64,000 nucleotides of DNA from NCBI GenBank assembly GCA_951406725.2, contig OX597826.1, positions 47,616,001-47,680,000 on the forward strand. The letters run 5' to 3'. The stretch's first letter is position 1; each line of letters starts with the position of its first letter. The DNA is from Octopus vulgaris. Its lineage: Eukaryota. The translations under genes were made by a program, and so were the position numbers. Below, piece after piece: positions 27,182 through 41,994 of the stretch. The notes beneath the pieces were generated by a model. The model saw only the letters and a program-made list of their open reading frames with translations. It did not search any database and was not told where the DNA came from.

Positions 27182-28792
27182 TTAAAATAAATTAAAGAAT
27201 AACAGAACTATGAGACTTATATAGTTTGTATTACCTTGTAAATAGTCTGACAGATATGTATTGGGATATAATGAACATAGTGTTGTTGCTCCAGCTGGTC
27301 AAAGATTAGCTTTCATCTTGCAAATATTTAAGAGAAACAGTAACTAAATCGAAGATTTTGATTTTAGAAAGTCTATGGATGCCACAAAGACAATCTCTTC
27401 TTGACCAATTCAAGAAAAAATTTCTTCCACACAAAACATTATATAACAAAATAGAAAACTGTGATACAGATATATATACACACACATATATACATGCATA
27501 AATACTTAGCTACATAAATGCATACATGCATATATATATATATATATATGTGTGTAATTTTAAGAGAGTATTTTTATGTACACACATATACACGTATCAA
27601 TTTATACATATGTATAAAGATATACATGTTTATGTGCATGAAAAGGCATGTGCAGACATAATAGATCTCCTCTCGATGTTTGATTTAGTAACTATGTATC
27701 AGTTGCTGTCATCCCACTTTCATGATGTTGTTTGAAAATGGTCTGGTCTGTGATGCTTATTTTTTTTTCCAACTGATCTCTAGGTTGTAAGCTTTGTCCA
27801 AAACATTGCACTTTCTTTTTAAGAGATTGGTAATCTGTTTCCTAAGCTGTCGTATCTTCTTTACTATAAGGTAAGATTGCCTTTGTGGTCACAGAGAAAT
27901 TTACTCAACTAACTATTTGGTTCCATAAAATCCAGGTGAAAACCACACAAAATAGACTCACAACAAGAATAATATCCAATTTCTTGAGAAATCAAATGCT
28001 AATTCCTTCATGTATATATTGCAGCTTTAATCAGGAGAATATTCTTTGTATAAGAGCTTAGCCTTTATTACAAAGATATTCATGTCAGTTCCAAATAAAT
28101 AAATAAAAAGACAAAAGCATTTTCTTTGTGTTAGATCTAGCTGCTTGTCAGGTTATATAAAGCTGGCTTCCATGGTTTTGTCAAGAGATTTATAATCCGT
28201 TATTGGTTTATTACAATTGCCAGAATTCTCCGGAAGCTCAGCAAAACGTCAATTGTTTTCAGCATGTATTTTAATAAAACTGATAGATTTACAATGGCCA
28301 TCTTACATATTCATAGATTTTTTCTGCTGTTTTATCTTGGAGTCTCTATTTCCATATCAATTTAACCTTTGCCACCAGACCCTTGCTAACACAAACACAA
28401 CTGCACATCAAACTCTACATAAAAAATAATAATAAGCATCTATATCTACGGTGGACTCAGTGGGTGTGTTGGGTGGTTGGAAGGAAATACTTCGCCAGCC
28501 TTTGGTATTTAATGGTTAGCTTTGCTCCACACTGTCTTGTTAGCTTTCTCATTCTCTAGATAACCTTAACTATTCTCTTTTCTTTCACCAGATTACATTA
28601 AACAGCCTGTAAGGAACATAAATGGCGTTCTTTTTATTCATAGCCACCATATTTTTTTTACTTGATGTCGACACTTTTATTTCATTTCTCAACCCAGGGT
28701 GGATAGCTCGTTTTCACTCCTACAGCTCATTAATTCAACTATTTATTCATGTGTACAAGTTTATACATGTATCTATTCATACATACATACAT

Positions 28793-28834
<42 letters not shown>

Positions 28835-28852
28835 CATATATATATATAAATA

Positions 28853-28922
<70 letters not shown>

Positions 28923-29300
28923 GGTATGTATGTATATGTGTTTCATTGTTAGTGTAGTCTAATAGTACATGTATTAGTTAGCATGCGTATGTGTGTGTGT
29001 ATGCATTATTACATATAATTTAAGTTAAATCATCCATAAATATAGGATTACAAAAGGAACAAAACAACACCGTACAGGTGGGAATCAAACCAAACTCCCT
29101 GTTCTTAGATTGTCACTGAAACTTTTATCTTTAAAGCTTCTGTCTTTGTTGTTGTTGCTGCTGCTACTGCTGCTGCTAGTGATTGTAGTTGTCTTAGTGT
29201 TGATGACGAATATGTGGCTAACTTGATATACAAAATTCATTTTATGGCTGCAGTTTTATAAATATGTATTTTATACACACACACACACACAAATATATAA

Positions 29301-29349
<49 letters not shown>

Positions 29350-30000
29350 TATATATATATATATAAAATGGGCTAAGTCAACAATTAGGACACAGGAACA
29401 TTTTTAGAAGTCTCTTGTAGATTCAGTTGTTGTGGAGGTTGATATATATATGATGATGATGATATATATATACCTCGTTCAGATATATATATATATATAT
29501 ATACATGCACATATATATATATACACACATATGTATATTGACACACACACACATATATATAGAGAGATATATATACATATATACACATATGCATATATAT
29601 ATATACACACACATACATATACATATGCAGACACATATGCACAAATAATATATTGTGTTTTAGCTCACAAATCAAAAGGTTGACAAATTCTTATCCTGTC
29701 ATAGGTTTGGTAAATGTGTAAATGGTCAAGAGGCAAAAATTTCAGTGACTCATTCCACTAATCTGCAGACAGATGCCATGGAGTGTTAAAGCCTATGTCT
29801 CTGTACATTGGACTTATGTCGTGAGAAGGATGATGAGCATTATGATATTGAAAATAAAAAATCCTATGTCACCAAATTATGGTTTCCTTTTGGTTTCTGA
29901 ATGCTGTATTGTAGGAAAGACTCTTCATCAACAAGTCTACATAAGGATTTGAGCTAAAATTAGGAACAGGAAAAAAACTAATAAATGAATGGTTTGTGAA

Positions 30001-30122
30001 CCCTTTCACATTTAAACCAGCCATATCCAATAAAACTATTCTATTTGTTTTATGTTCAAACCAGCCAGATCTGACCTCTCACACCTCCCCTGCAATGTCA
30101 ATCTGAAATTAAACAATCACAC

Positions 30123-30168
<46 letters not shown>

Positions 30169-30702
30169 GTTTAACGCCCGCTTTCCATGCTAGCATGGGT
30201 TGGACGATTTGACTGAGGGCTGGTGAACCAGATGGTTGCACCAGGCTCAAATCTTGATCTGGCAGAGTTTCTACAGCTCGATGCCCTTCCTAACGCCAAC
30301 CACTCTGAGAGTGTAGTGGGTGCTTTTATGTGCCACCGGCATGGGGGCCAGTCAGGCGGTACTGGCAACGACCTCGCTCGAATCTTTTTACACATGCCAC
30401 CAGCACAGGTGCCAGTAAGGCAACGCTGGTAACAATCACGCTCGAATGGTGCCTTTTATGTGCCACCGGCACAGAAGCCAGTTAGCTGCTCTGGCAATGA
30501 TCACGCTCGGATGGTGCTCTTAGCACCCTACTAGCATGGGGTACAAGTGCCAGTAAGGCGATGCTGGTAATGATCACACTTGAATGGTGCCCTTTTATGT
30601 GCCATCATTGAAATTTTAAAGCTACGAGATAATACATGATTAATTCAAAACAATGTGAATAAATAAGCATTCCATAGACAGAGTAATCTGAATGCTAGAG
30701 GG
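30001..30702. mobile_element. piggyBac-like MITE carrying an RTE 3'-UTR insertion (30125-30603, minus)
   Basis: Ends ccctttcacattt / aatgctagaggg followed by TTAA; paralog at 48560-49265. Confidence 0.6.
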
Positions 30703-30706
30703 TTAA

Positions 30707-30930
30707 CCCATTAAGTCTCACTGTCCTGTAAATAGGACACTAAATGAGAACATTAAATAAGCTATGTCACATTGTCTCGGTGTCCTATTTATAGGACACT
30801 GAGTATTTCCATTTCTACTTGAAGTAAAGGAGTTTTAATAATTATTTTTTTCATTTTAACCATTTTTCAATCATCTGTAACAAATTCAAAAGTAATATTC
30901 AGAAATTTAAGTACTCTGGGACTTAATGGG
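30707..30930. mobile_element. piggyBac-type MITE
   Basis: TTAA on both sides; TIR CCCATTAAGTCTCA / TGGGACTTAATGGG; internal palindromes TGTCCT..AGGACA. Confidence 0.85.
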
Positions 30931-31427
30931 TTAAGTCAACAATTAGGGCACAGGAACATTTTTAGAAGTGTCTTGTAGATTCAGTTCTTGTGAAGGTTGA
31001 AAACTTTAACAGTTAATGTTTGTGCCCTCCATCAGAGAGTAAAAAGGAGTAAAGGGTGAGGCAGAGTGACAGAAAATAGTAAAGGTTTTGTCCATCAAAT
31101 CAATAATAGTTAAAGGATGAAGAAAGTTATTAGAAGTGCAGATTGAAGACTTTAATGTTTAGGGTTTTTACCTCCTTGTTCATCACCTAAAAGTAAGGAG
31201 GGAGAAAGAAGAGAGAAAGTTGTGCCTTTGGTTGCCTCAAATTTAGCGAAATGCCACCAAATGAAAAACAGTTTTGTTTTTTAGTTCTCCCACTCTCAGA
31301 CAGAGAGCAAGAACTCATGACCTTATATTCTTTTCTTTCTTTGGTAAGTTAACTTACCAAAATCTAAAAGAAGCTCTTCTATATTAGGAACTGAACAATT
31401 CTCTCAAGTTTATTCAATTTTAGAGTT

Positions 31428-31663
31428 ACTCTTTACTCTTTTACTCTTTTACTTGTTTCAGTCATTTGAATGTGGCCATGCTGGAGCACCACCTTTAGTC
31501 GAGCAAATCAACCCCAGGACTTATTCTCTGTAAGCCTAGTACTTATTCTATCGTCTCTTTTGCTGAACTGCTAAGTTACGGGGACATAAACACACCAGCA
31601 TCAGTTGTCAAGCGATGTCGGGGGCACAAACACTGATGCATAAACACATACACACACACCTAC

Positions 31664-31718
<55 letters not shown>

Positions 31719-31885
31719 TACGACGGGCTTCTTTCAGTTTCCATCTTTCAAATCTACTCACAAGGCTTTGGTTGGTCTGAGGCTATAGTAGAAGACACTT
31801 GCCCAAGGTGCCATGCAGTGGGACTGAACCCGGAACCATATGGTTCGTAAGCAAGCTACTTACCACACAGCCACTCCTATGCCTA
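31428..31885 (-). mobile_element. SINE family A, full length
   Basis: Similarity to other copies; repeated tactcttt tail. Confidence 0.9.
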
Positions 31886-33227
31886 TTTTGCAGCATAATA
31901 ATCACTGCATTTTGGAAGTATGCACTCTGTTTATGGAAATGTAATTCTGGGAGAAAATTTTTTTATGTTCACTGATGTCCTATCTACATGATCAGGCAGT
32001 TACCAGTAGGCACACACTAAATACTAAATATACTAAATTAGTATATAAACCAGCAATGTGTTCATGCCCATCACTGAGCAAAAATCACCATACTATGGCC
32101 ACCTGCTTGGTCGTTTGTTTCTATTCCCTTTACTTTAACTATCCAAGGATACTCAAACAGCATCACAGAAGATGCACAGTAATTTTCAAAGTATTTATTT
32201 TACAAAAAAGTGCATTTTCCATACTGAAAAATACAATAATTATATTTACATTAATTATGTTTAAGTTATATAACATTCAGTGACATCTTATCAGAAACAT
32301 TTTGTATCCAACAAAATTTTCAGAAAATTATAATTTTTTTTTCTTTTAGTGGTAGATGGATAGTAAAAATGATTTGCATATTTAAGAAAAAATATTTGAT
32401 TTACTTTAATTGAAACAACTTGGTGTAAATAAATAGAAAATATAATTTTGTAATATTTTGTAAAATTACATTTACTCTTCATGGAATTAAGATTATTACC
32501 TTTCATAAATCTAAGTTTTCAGATTCTTATTTTCTACTTGTAAATGTATATTTTCAAAACATAATAATTTGTTTTTATTTCATTATTTTATTCTAATTTA
32601 TATTTTTTTCTCTACATCAGCAATAATTTAGATGCCAAACTTCCAGGATCGAAAACATACACACATATATATACACACATTCATATAAATATACATAAAA
32701 AAAATAAATATGACTATGGATATAATTTCTGTTTTACTCTATCATTAAATATATCTCGTTCATAATGAAGGATGCTTAAAACAATTAACAAATTCTGATA
32801 ATGTTAATTAATTTAGGTGGGAGACAAGTTGAAACTGAAATGTTTGAATGACTAATTAAAAATAATACTCCATTCTCTCTTCTCTCTCCATCTCTTTTTC
32901 CCACAATTTCTCTCTCTCTCTCTCTCTCCCTATCTCCCATCTAGTGCATGTTCATCCATTGGATGTTAATGAAATTGAACAAACTAATTAGCAAGAATAT
33001 ATGCATATATACATACATACATATATATACACACACACAGACATATATATACACATATATATACCTATATGTATACATACATATACATAGATATGCATGT
33101 ATATACATATATATTTATACACATACACACTCACACATATGTATGCATATGCATATCTTTACATATATATCTATATATATATATACATGTACATGTGTAT
33201 ATGTATATATATATACATGTACATGTG

Positions 33228-33279
<52 letters not shown>

Positions 33280-33637
33280 GTACGTGTGTGTGTGTGTTTT
33301 AATTTGTAACATGTTTTGGGGGATGCAATCTTATGTTGATGCTGTCACTTTATACTTAAAACTTAAAATACATGGCATGGGAAGATCGTTTTTGATATTA
33401 AAAAGACACTTGCACTCTTTCTTTTTATTTAAGTATTGAGCAAGAATTTTTCCTCATGCCATTCCTGTGACCTTCTCAAATGACTCTCTATCTGCAATCG
33501 GCTGCTGATTTTTTGTTTCTAGCATTCTTTGTGTGTGTTGTCCTAATACGGGCACACAACATCACCTGCGCAGAGCATACACACACATACACACAACGTA
33601 TTGAAAACAAAGACGCATTTAACAATCTAAGTATATA

Positions 33638-34347
33638 TGCGAGGCGATATCAAAAAGTTTTGTAGCACGCCAACAGGTGGTAGCACATGGCTGCATGCAC
33701 AGTGAGAGCTAGCAGTGACCTTTAGGAGGAAATGTGCCAAAATAACATCACTGTGTTTATTTCGAAAAGGTGTGTGAAATTTGTGTTTTTGTGATCACGT
33801 GTATGCTGTAGCCTGCGATTTTTGCCATGGATAGGAAGTTGGAACAAAGAGCAAGCATGAAATTTTGCATTAATCTTAGAAAGTCTGCTACAGAGACATG
33901 GAGCATGCTTTGGCAAGCTTATGGTGATGAGGCAATGGGTTGTACACAATGTTTCATGTAGCAAGGGCATATGACAGAGCCACACCTCAATGTAGAGCAT
34001 GCTCATCATTTTTGCCAACATCTGTGGTATTGTGCATTGAGTATTAGTTTCTCAGAGCCAGACAATTCATCAAGGGTTATACTACAACGTTTTGAAACGA
34101 CTGAGGGAGGAAATTTGGTAAAAGTGACCATAGGCGCAGGAGTGGCTGTGTGGTAAGTAGCTATAGGTGTAGGAGTGGCTGTGTGGTAAGTAGCTTGCTT
34201 GCCAACCACATGGTTCCGGGTTCAGTCCCACTGCATGGCACCTTGGGCAAGTGTCTTCTACTATAGCCTCAGGCCAGCCAAAACCTTGTGAGTGGATTTG
34301 GTAGATGGAAACTGAAAGGAGCCCATCGTATATATGTATATGTGTGC

Positions 34348-34412
<65 letters not shown>

Positions 34413-34945
34413 GGTGTGTGAATGTTTGTGTGTCTGTGTTTGTCCCCCCAGCATCGCTTGACAACTGATGCTGGTGTGTTTACGTCCCTATCACTTAGCA
34501 GTTCAGCAAAAGCAACCGATAGAATAAGTACTAGGCTTACAAAGAATAAGTATTGGGGTCGATTTCTTCGACTAAAGGCGGTGCTCCAGCATGGCCGCAG
34601 TCAAATGACTGATACAAGTTAAAGAGTAAAAGAGTAAAAGAGTAAAGAGTTATGTGGAGCATGTAAAATTGGATTCTTCCCGACAACAATGCCCCATGTC
34701 ACCAAGATCTCCTCACTCGTGAGATTCTTACCAAAAAAAAAAAATGATATCATTTTCGCACCCACCCTATTTGCCAGATTTAGCCCCTGTGGACTTCCAT
34801 CTCTTCCCCAAGATAGAAATGCAGCTCAAAGGTAACCGTTTTAACACGGTTATCAAGATTTCAAGATTCCAGATGTGACAGGAAAGTTGGGACTGGTGTA
34901 CTGGTGTGCAAAGTGACTATTTTGAAGGAGTTGATGGTAAAACTT
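33638..34945 (+). mobile_element. Internally deleted mariner element split by a SINE
   Basis: ATG at 33827 MDRKLEQRASMKFCINLRKSATETWSMLWQAYGDEAM; later DNNAPCH and HPPYLPDLAPVDFHLFPK. Confidence 0.9.
34131..34650 (+). mobile_element. SINE family A, full length, duplicated head
   Basis: Head, CORE-like box, (TG)n and repeated agagtaaa tail. Confidence 0.9.
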
Positions 34946-35015
34946 TTACAACATATGCATATATTGATTGATGCATATGTAGTAAAACAAGATGGTTAGG
35001 TAGCATTACTGATGC

Positions 35016-35154
35016 TTCTTCTTCTTCTTCTTCTTCTTCTTCTTCTTCTTCTTCTTCTTCTTCTTCTTCTTCTTCTTCTTCTTCTTCTTCTTCTTCTTCT
35101 TCTTCTTCTTCTTCTTCTTCTTCTTCTTCTTCTTCTTCTTCTTCTTCTTCTTCC
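35016..35154. repeat. Pure (CTT)n microsatellite
   Basis: Direct reading. Confidence 0.95.
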
Positions 35155-35419
35155 AATCAGGACTCACGCCATTAGCCACAAAGAATAATCTCTAATTCGA
35201 GCCTACTCTAAGCTACTAAGAATGAGTGTGGCAACTTGAAGATCCACCCACCACATGCGATAGACTGGCAGTTGCACGGGCGTGAAAACTACGTTGTTAT
35301 CCTCATTCCGTAAACAGTGGCTTTTAACGGGTGGAGAGCTGAACCATCCTGGGGTACAGAGGATTCGCAATCTAGACTAGGGTCTGAAAGTTTACCACAC
35401 CATAGTGGGTTACACCATG

Positions 35420-35642
35420 GTTCCTCTGCTTTGTGGCAGAAGTAGGAAGAAGGAGTAAGAGAAAGTTGTGGTGAAAGAGTACAGCGGGGTTCACCCTCCA
35501 CCCCACCCCACCCCCCGCCGGAGCTTCATGGAGCTTAGGTGTTTTTGCTCAATAAACACTCACAATGCTTGCTCTGGGAATCGAAATCATGATCTTATGA
35601 CCATGAGCTGCTGCTCTAACCACTGGGCCATTGCACCTCCAC
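35420..35642 (-). mobile_element. SINE fragment related to 2224-2524
   Basis: gagaaagttgtggtgaaagag...ggagcttaggtgttt. Confidence 0.75.
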
Positions 35643-36034
35643 TTGCTAATGCAGACCTGCCTGAGGATGAACAAGAGAAATTACAACTCTCTTGTAATTC
35701 TGCTCCCCATGATGAATGTTTCTGGGTGTTTCTTCTTCAAGATGAGCCAAGTGAGAATTCTTCCGAATGTTGTAGCTTTCCTGTACAAAGGCAGGCACCA
35801 CATAAAATTACTCACGCAAGATTACCCTCCATGAATAAGAAGCATTAGTATTAACTAGAGAACAAATATAAACTGGAGTTAAACATTAAGCAATATATAT
35901 ATAATCTTTAATCTTTTACCAGTAAACATCCAACTGGATAAGATGTAGAAAGAGTGTAATATGGGAAATATTTATGATCCTAATAGTAGTATATAATTTG
36001 TTGAAACTCTACAAATTCTATGTATATATTTTAT

Positions 36035-36162
36035 TATCATTTTCCCTGCTGGCATGGGTTGAATAGTTTGACAGGAGCTAATTAGGTAGAAGACTGCACC
36101 TGACTTCACTGTCTGTTTTGGCATGGTTTTTTAGGGCTGGATGCCCTTCCTAACCCCAACTA

Positions 36163-36200
<38 letters not shown>

Positions 36201-36362
36201 AGGCTTCTTCCAGTTTCCATCTACTAAATCCATTCACAAAGTTTTGGTCAGCCCAAGACTATAGTAGAAAACACTTGCCCAAGGTGCCACACAGTGGGAC
36301 TGAACCTTGAACCATGTGGTTTGGAAACCAGCGTCTTACCACACAGCCACTCCTGTGCCTTA
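36035..36362 (-). mobile_element. Family A head with RTE-type tail SINE
   Basis: gctggatgcccttcctaac tail; head at 36195-36362. Confidence 0.7.
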
Positions 36363-36794
36363 TATATTGACAGAAATTTCATGAGTAGAATTCTCTACGA
36401 CAATCTAAATTTCTTTCTTATTTTCTGATGAGAACTGACTTATCAACAATATTCATTTTTATCAAACATTCTAACCAACTTCTATCAGTTATTGCTTGAT
36501 TTCATTTTTAATTAGGATCCTAATTACTGTTTGAAGCAGATACACACCTATGATGAAGCAGTTGTCCAAGTATATTAAGGGAATAGATATTCGGATCGAG
36601 TTATAATAAACTAAAATATTGAATAGAAATACTATGGTGCATTTTATTTAACTGCTGAAAGAATACATTTCCACGTTCTTGTGTCTAATTTACACAAAAA
36701 ATATCAAACAAGGAAGCTGTACAACCCATAAGAAATTATATTATACACGTGAATTTTATGTATACATCTAAGTGCTGATCTCTAACTATGGAGA

Positions 36795-37139
36795 GAATCT
36801 GTGGAAGGGGGTAGACCCAGCAAGACATGGGACAGTGTGGTGAAGCATGATGTTGGGTCTCACAGAGGGGATGACAATTGATTGAGACCTTTGGCAATTT
36901 GCAGTGCTTGAGAAGGCACATCAAGCCAAGTGAAATCCTAAATGTGGACTGTGCCAGTGACATGTAAAAGGCGCTTGTACCAGTGCTATGTAAAAGCACC
37001 CATAACACTCTTGGATTAGTTGGTGTTGAGAAGGGCATCAAGTCGTAGAAACCAAGCCAAAATCAGACTGCAGCCTGGGACAGCTGTCCGGCTTACCACT
37101 TCCAGTCACACCATTCAATGCATGCCAGTATGGAAAATA

Positions 37140-37204
<65 letters not shown>

Positions 37205-37239
37205 GGATGATGATGATGATGAGGATGATAATGATGATG

Positions 37240-37287
<48 letters not shown>

Positions 37288-37305
37288 GTGATGATGGTGA
37301 TGATA
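36795..37305 (+). mobile_element. RTE 3' end with expanded (GAT)n tail
   Basis: CGRGRPSKTW-like codons, GAAGGGCATC motif, (GAT)n at 37140-37303. Confidence 0.7.
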
Positions 37306-37314
37306 TATTACATA

Positions 37315-37528
37315 CAGGGTGGCCCAAAAGTAGGTTTGAAGTTATCATGTAAGCATTTAAATTTCTTTTGAAACAATTTATTACATTTCTATCTTACAAA
37401 CTGAAAAGGGAGCTTGACAAAATTAACTAAATTAGCATAGAATAATGGTTTCATATTTCTTTTATAATTAAGATCTAAACTGTTAATATATGAAAGCGAA
37501 AGAGATAGTTGAATAACTGTAAACCTAC
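37315..37528. mobile_element. Tc1/mariner MITE (inverted paralog of 21106-21321)
   Basis: Same TIR; internal sequence is the reverse complement; right TIR truncated. Confidence 0.85.
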
Positions 37529-39284
37529 AAATGTAAACCTAAATGTGAGTGCATTTGGTTATGCATGTGTGTTTAGCTCCAAAAGGCTCTGAAATGGTGC
37601 ATCCAAATGAAAAACGAATTTGGTTTTTGAAATCTGCATCTCAAAGAGAAGGTTGTTCTCAAATAATAAGAAAAAATATAATTTGCTATGAGACATAACT
37701 CAACTTTAGATTGACATCTCTTCCCTCTATCTATCACTGTGAATCTATCTTTCTCTATTATTTACTGCATTCCTTATCACTCCCTCTCTGTGTATATGCA
37801 TTAACTCTCTTGCATTGCTTTCATTTTGTATCTTCTAATGTTTACTTTCATTCTATTACAGCTGTTTCACACAAATCCTGTTTTCTGATTGGGTAAAATT
37901 GATCAGATTTTAAACCTCTATAGCATGTTTCTAAAATTTTTCTGGAATAAATGAATCACAAAAACTGAGATTCAGCATGAAAAAGTACAGCAATATACCA
38001 AATCTGAAAATTTTCACTTAATTTTAAAATTTCAAAATCTGTGACAGCAACAGAACACATGTCTACATCTTTCATTTTTCACTTTTCTCATGGCAAACTT
38101 TCCCCCTTCTCTATACATTTTTATCACATTCTCACAATCTTTGTTTCATCCTCTATGAAAATAAATCACTCATGCAGTGTGTGTGTGTATGTGTGTGTGT
38201 GCATTTCAGTGTGTGTATGCATGTGTGTAAGGAATTTCATTAGGGCAACAGAGCTGTGATTTAAAGAAATGTATTTAATAGATAATTTATTGTAATAGCA
38301 TACTTTTCTGTTAGTAAATGTCTTTCCTTATGCACATGCATGCACATGTGTGCATTGACTCACTTGATGCAGGACAGGGATTAAAAGCTTGAATTACTAA
38401 GTTTTATTGTTGTTGCTTAAATCTCAGCAATGGTCCACCACACCATCATTCCATAAAATTGTGTTTATGAGGAAAATATTGGAAAACATCAATATATGTC
38501 AGAGTGACAAAGAACTGAGGAAGGTACCAGGCAGTCATAACATGTGCTAGAAACAATAGCTAAAGCTTCCTTAAATCACACACCTTTCCATCTGGAAATT
38601 ATTTTGAAATTATAAACAGAAAATAATTGCAGATTTGGACTGTCTATATTTAAAAACTTTGGTCAAAAAAAATAATTTGTAATTAAATCCAGAATTTTAG
38701 AAATTATGGAAGGGCAGGATAAATGAAGAAATTAAAAAAGATTTTGCTATTGTTTTTAGATTAAGTTTCATTTTCTGTTTGAAAATAAAGGAAGTGGGGA
38801 TTTTAATGGTGATCACCAATTTCCAAATTTATTTTTTTTTTAACTTTCAAGGCTTCTCCTATCATTTTTAAGTGAGTAATGCAAAACAAATTTGACAAAA
38901 TCAGTTCTGAGTGAGAAAGGGATGTTTGAAATGATTTGTGAATTTTCAAAACTTTTTTTTTTTTTTTACTATAAAAGAATCTCCCATTGTATAGCGCAGG
39001 AAAACAAAAATATGAGAAAAATCAGTCCAGAAGCCAGGGAAGGGGGATTCATAAATCTTAAAAAATGTTTTTAATAAATAGCTTCCAAAGGTGTGGTGGA
39101 AAAAAAGTTTGTAAAATGAATGCATGAATGTATGAATCTATGTACACATGCTTGCATATATTATGTGCCTATGACTACAGGCTCAAGAGGCCACGGTTTA
39201 TCAGGATTTTCAAAGCATTAAGGTTGAGAGAACAAGATCTCCATTTGAAGAAGATGCCAGTCCACTGGTACTCATGTTCAATCA

Positions 39285-39635
39285 TCATCATCCTCCTTCG
39301 ACCAACCTATGGTTCGTCAGAACTCCATTGACAATCACTTTCAACACTACACAGTCTTGCACTGCTGTCTTCGGATCTCTAATATCCAGTCCAGAATCCT
39401 GAGATATAGTATCTGGAAATGTCAGTTTCCTGGAGTAAACACTTCCGGAGGGATGCCATAGGAGTAAGGATGATATAACCTCTTTCTCTGCTTGATGACA
39501 GTGGCCTGCAAATTGTAACCATTTCTGCTTTAGCATAAGGGATATTGGAACCAGATTTCCATAGATGCTACTAAGTGTTGGGTGTGATCTCCAACTGATG
39601 TTCTGTATCTTTCTGAGCAGTTGATATATGTTACA
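39285..39635 (-). pseudogene. RTE-like LINE ORF C-terminal fragment (second family)
   Basis: YQLLRKIQNISWRSHPT...LQFAGHCHQAEKEVISSLLLWHP in ORF 39288-39683. Confidence 0.8.
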
Positions 39636-39837
39636 TCTAGGTGTGTTTCGAAGAGTGACGATAAGGTCCAGGTCCCTGATCAACAGAGAAAGACCAGCTC
39701 AACCAGTATTCTAAATATTTAAACATTTAATGTGGATAGAATGTACAGGGGCAGCATCAAATAATGTGTCGCGTTCACAATCACTGTGCAACCGGTCTGA
39801 GAATTGAACTGATGACCTAACTATAGGTCGTCAGCAC

Positions 39838-40200
39838 CCGGGTTCAGTCCCACTGTGTGGCAGCTTGGGCAGGTATAATCTACTATAGCCACGGGTTGAC
39901 CAAAGACTTGTGGGTGGATTTGGTAGACGAAAACTGAAAGAAGCCCGTCGTGTCTATGTGTGTGAGTGTATGTGTGTGTGTTTGTGTGTCTGTGTTTGTC
40001 CCCCCACCATCGCTTGACAACTGATGTTGGAGTGTTTACATCCCCATAACTTAGCAGTTCAGCAAATAAGACCGACAGAATAAGAACTAGGCTTACAAAG
40101 AATAAGTTCCAGGGTCGATTTGTTTGAGTAAAGGCGGTGCTCCAGCATGGCCGCAGTCAAATGACAGAAACAAAGAAAAGGATAAAAGAATAAAAGAAAA
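39838..40200 (+). mobile_element. SINE family A, 5' truncated
   Basis: Similarity to other copies. Confidence 0.85.
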
Positions 40201-40219
40201 GGCAATAATATAACTATAT

Positions 40220-40256
<37 letters not shown>

Positions 40257-40801
40257 AAACAGAAAATAATCACATGCATTTATTTATATAACAGTATGGA
40301 GACGATGGTTACTCCTCACTAACTGAACAAGGTCTTAGAAATCTGTGGCCAGACCTTACAAATTATGATTGTCCCCAATTAAAACACAAAGACTATTAAT
40401 GAGCATCTTTTATAAAATTATAATGAGAAAAAATAAGCTAGGTATGCTAAAGCTTCAAACACAGACTTCATTTCAATAATATATTTTGAAAAGAAAAGCT
40501 GTTCCATACTTATAAACAAACCTAGATGCAGAAACACACATACACACACATATGTATACATATGTGTATACATATACATATACATATACACACATTTATA
40601 TATATATATATATATATATAAATTTATATATATTATGTATATATATATATATATATATATACATACATATACATATACATTTATATATATATATATATAT
40701 ACACACATTTATATATATATATATACATGCATACACACACATATATATACACACACATACCCATTTATATATATGTATATATTCATATATTATACATACA
40801 C

Positions 40802-40853
<52 letters not shown>

Positions 40854-40907
40854 ACATTTATATATATATATATATTTATATATTATACACACCCACATAC
40901 ATACATA

Positions 40908-40947
<40 letters not shown>

Positions 40948-41450
40948 TACATACATACATATATACATGCACACATACGCATCTATACGTGTGTGTGTGT
41001 GTATTTTATATTGTTTTTGTGTGCAAGCATGTGTATATGATTATGTATACAACTTTCTAAGCATTTACTAAAGCATAAATAAAAGCCAAAATCTTTCCTC
41101 TGTTTTCCCTTCCACTTGTGATATTCACCTTTAAAGATGAAATTCCTCTTATTAAACTGCTCTTTTGTTCATGTTCAACGCTCCGCTTCACTCATTACAT
41201 GTAAGAGCTATTTCAGTGCCCAATTTGAAATACTAGTCAAGATGAAAATTAAATGAGATTCACTTCCATGCTACACCATGCTTCATAAACAAAAACCAAC
41301 AATTTTTCAACAACAGCAATATTTAGTGAACAACAACTAAAAGAAAAGCTATAGCTGTTACCAGCTAAAACAATAACATAACAAATAACCAGTGGCTCAC
41401 CTAAGTGTCGGCTTTTTATTTGCTCTTCTATCATTCTATCATCATCCCTG

Positions 41451-41578
<128 letters not shown>

Positions 41579-41593
41579 CATATAAATATATAT

Positions 41594-41638
<45 letters not shown>

Positions 41639-41945
41639 CATGTATATGTGCATGTGCACATGCATTTGTGTATGTGTGTATGTGTGTGTGAGGACACAAA
41701 TTTGGTGTGTATGCATGCATTTTTTATTTGACATAAAAATTCAGTGAATACAAAATTCTCCACAAAAACAAGTGAAATTGTTGAAGTGAAATTAAAAACA
41801 AAAACAAAGCCCAATTTTTAATAGATTTGTATGTGTGAGCATGCATGCAAGTGTGTGTATATATCTTTATATATATATATGCAAGTACACAGAGGGAGAG
41901 AGAAAAGAGAAAGGGAAAGCACCAAAAAGGATAGATGGATATATG

Positions 41946-41994
<49 letters not shown>

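Noticed and set aside
29198-29240. TTGATGA...CAAAA hammerhead relic
   Set aside because: Weak stem II; no stem III or stem I
39809-39834. CTGATGA hairpin
   Set aside because: A simple inverted repeat at the junction of two opposed SINE pieces; no GAAA box
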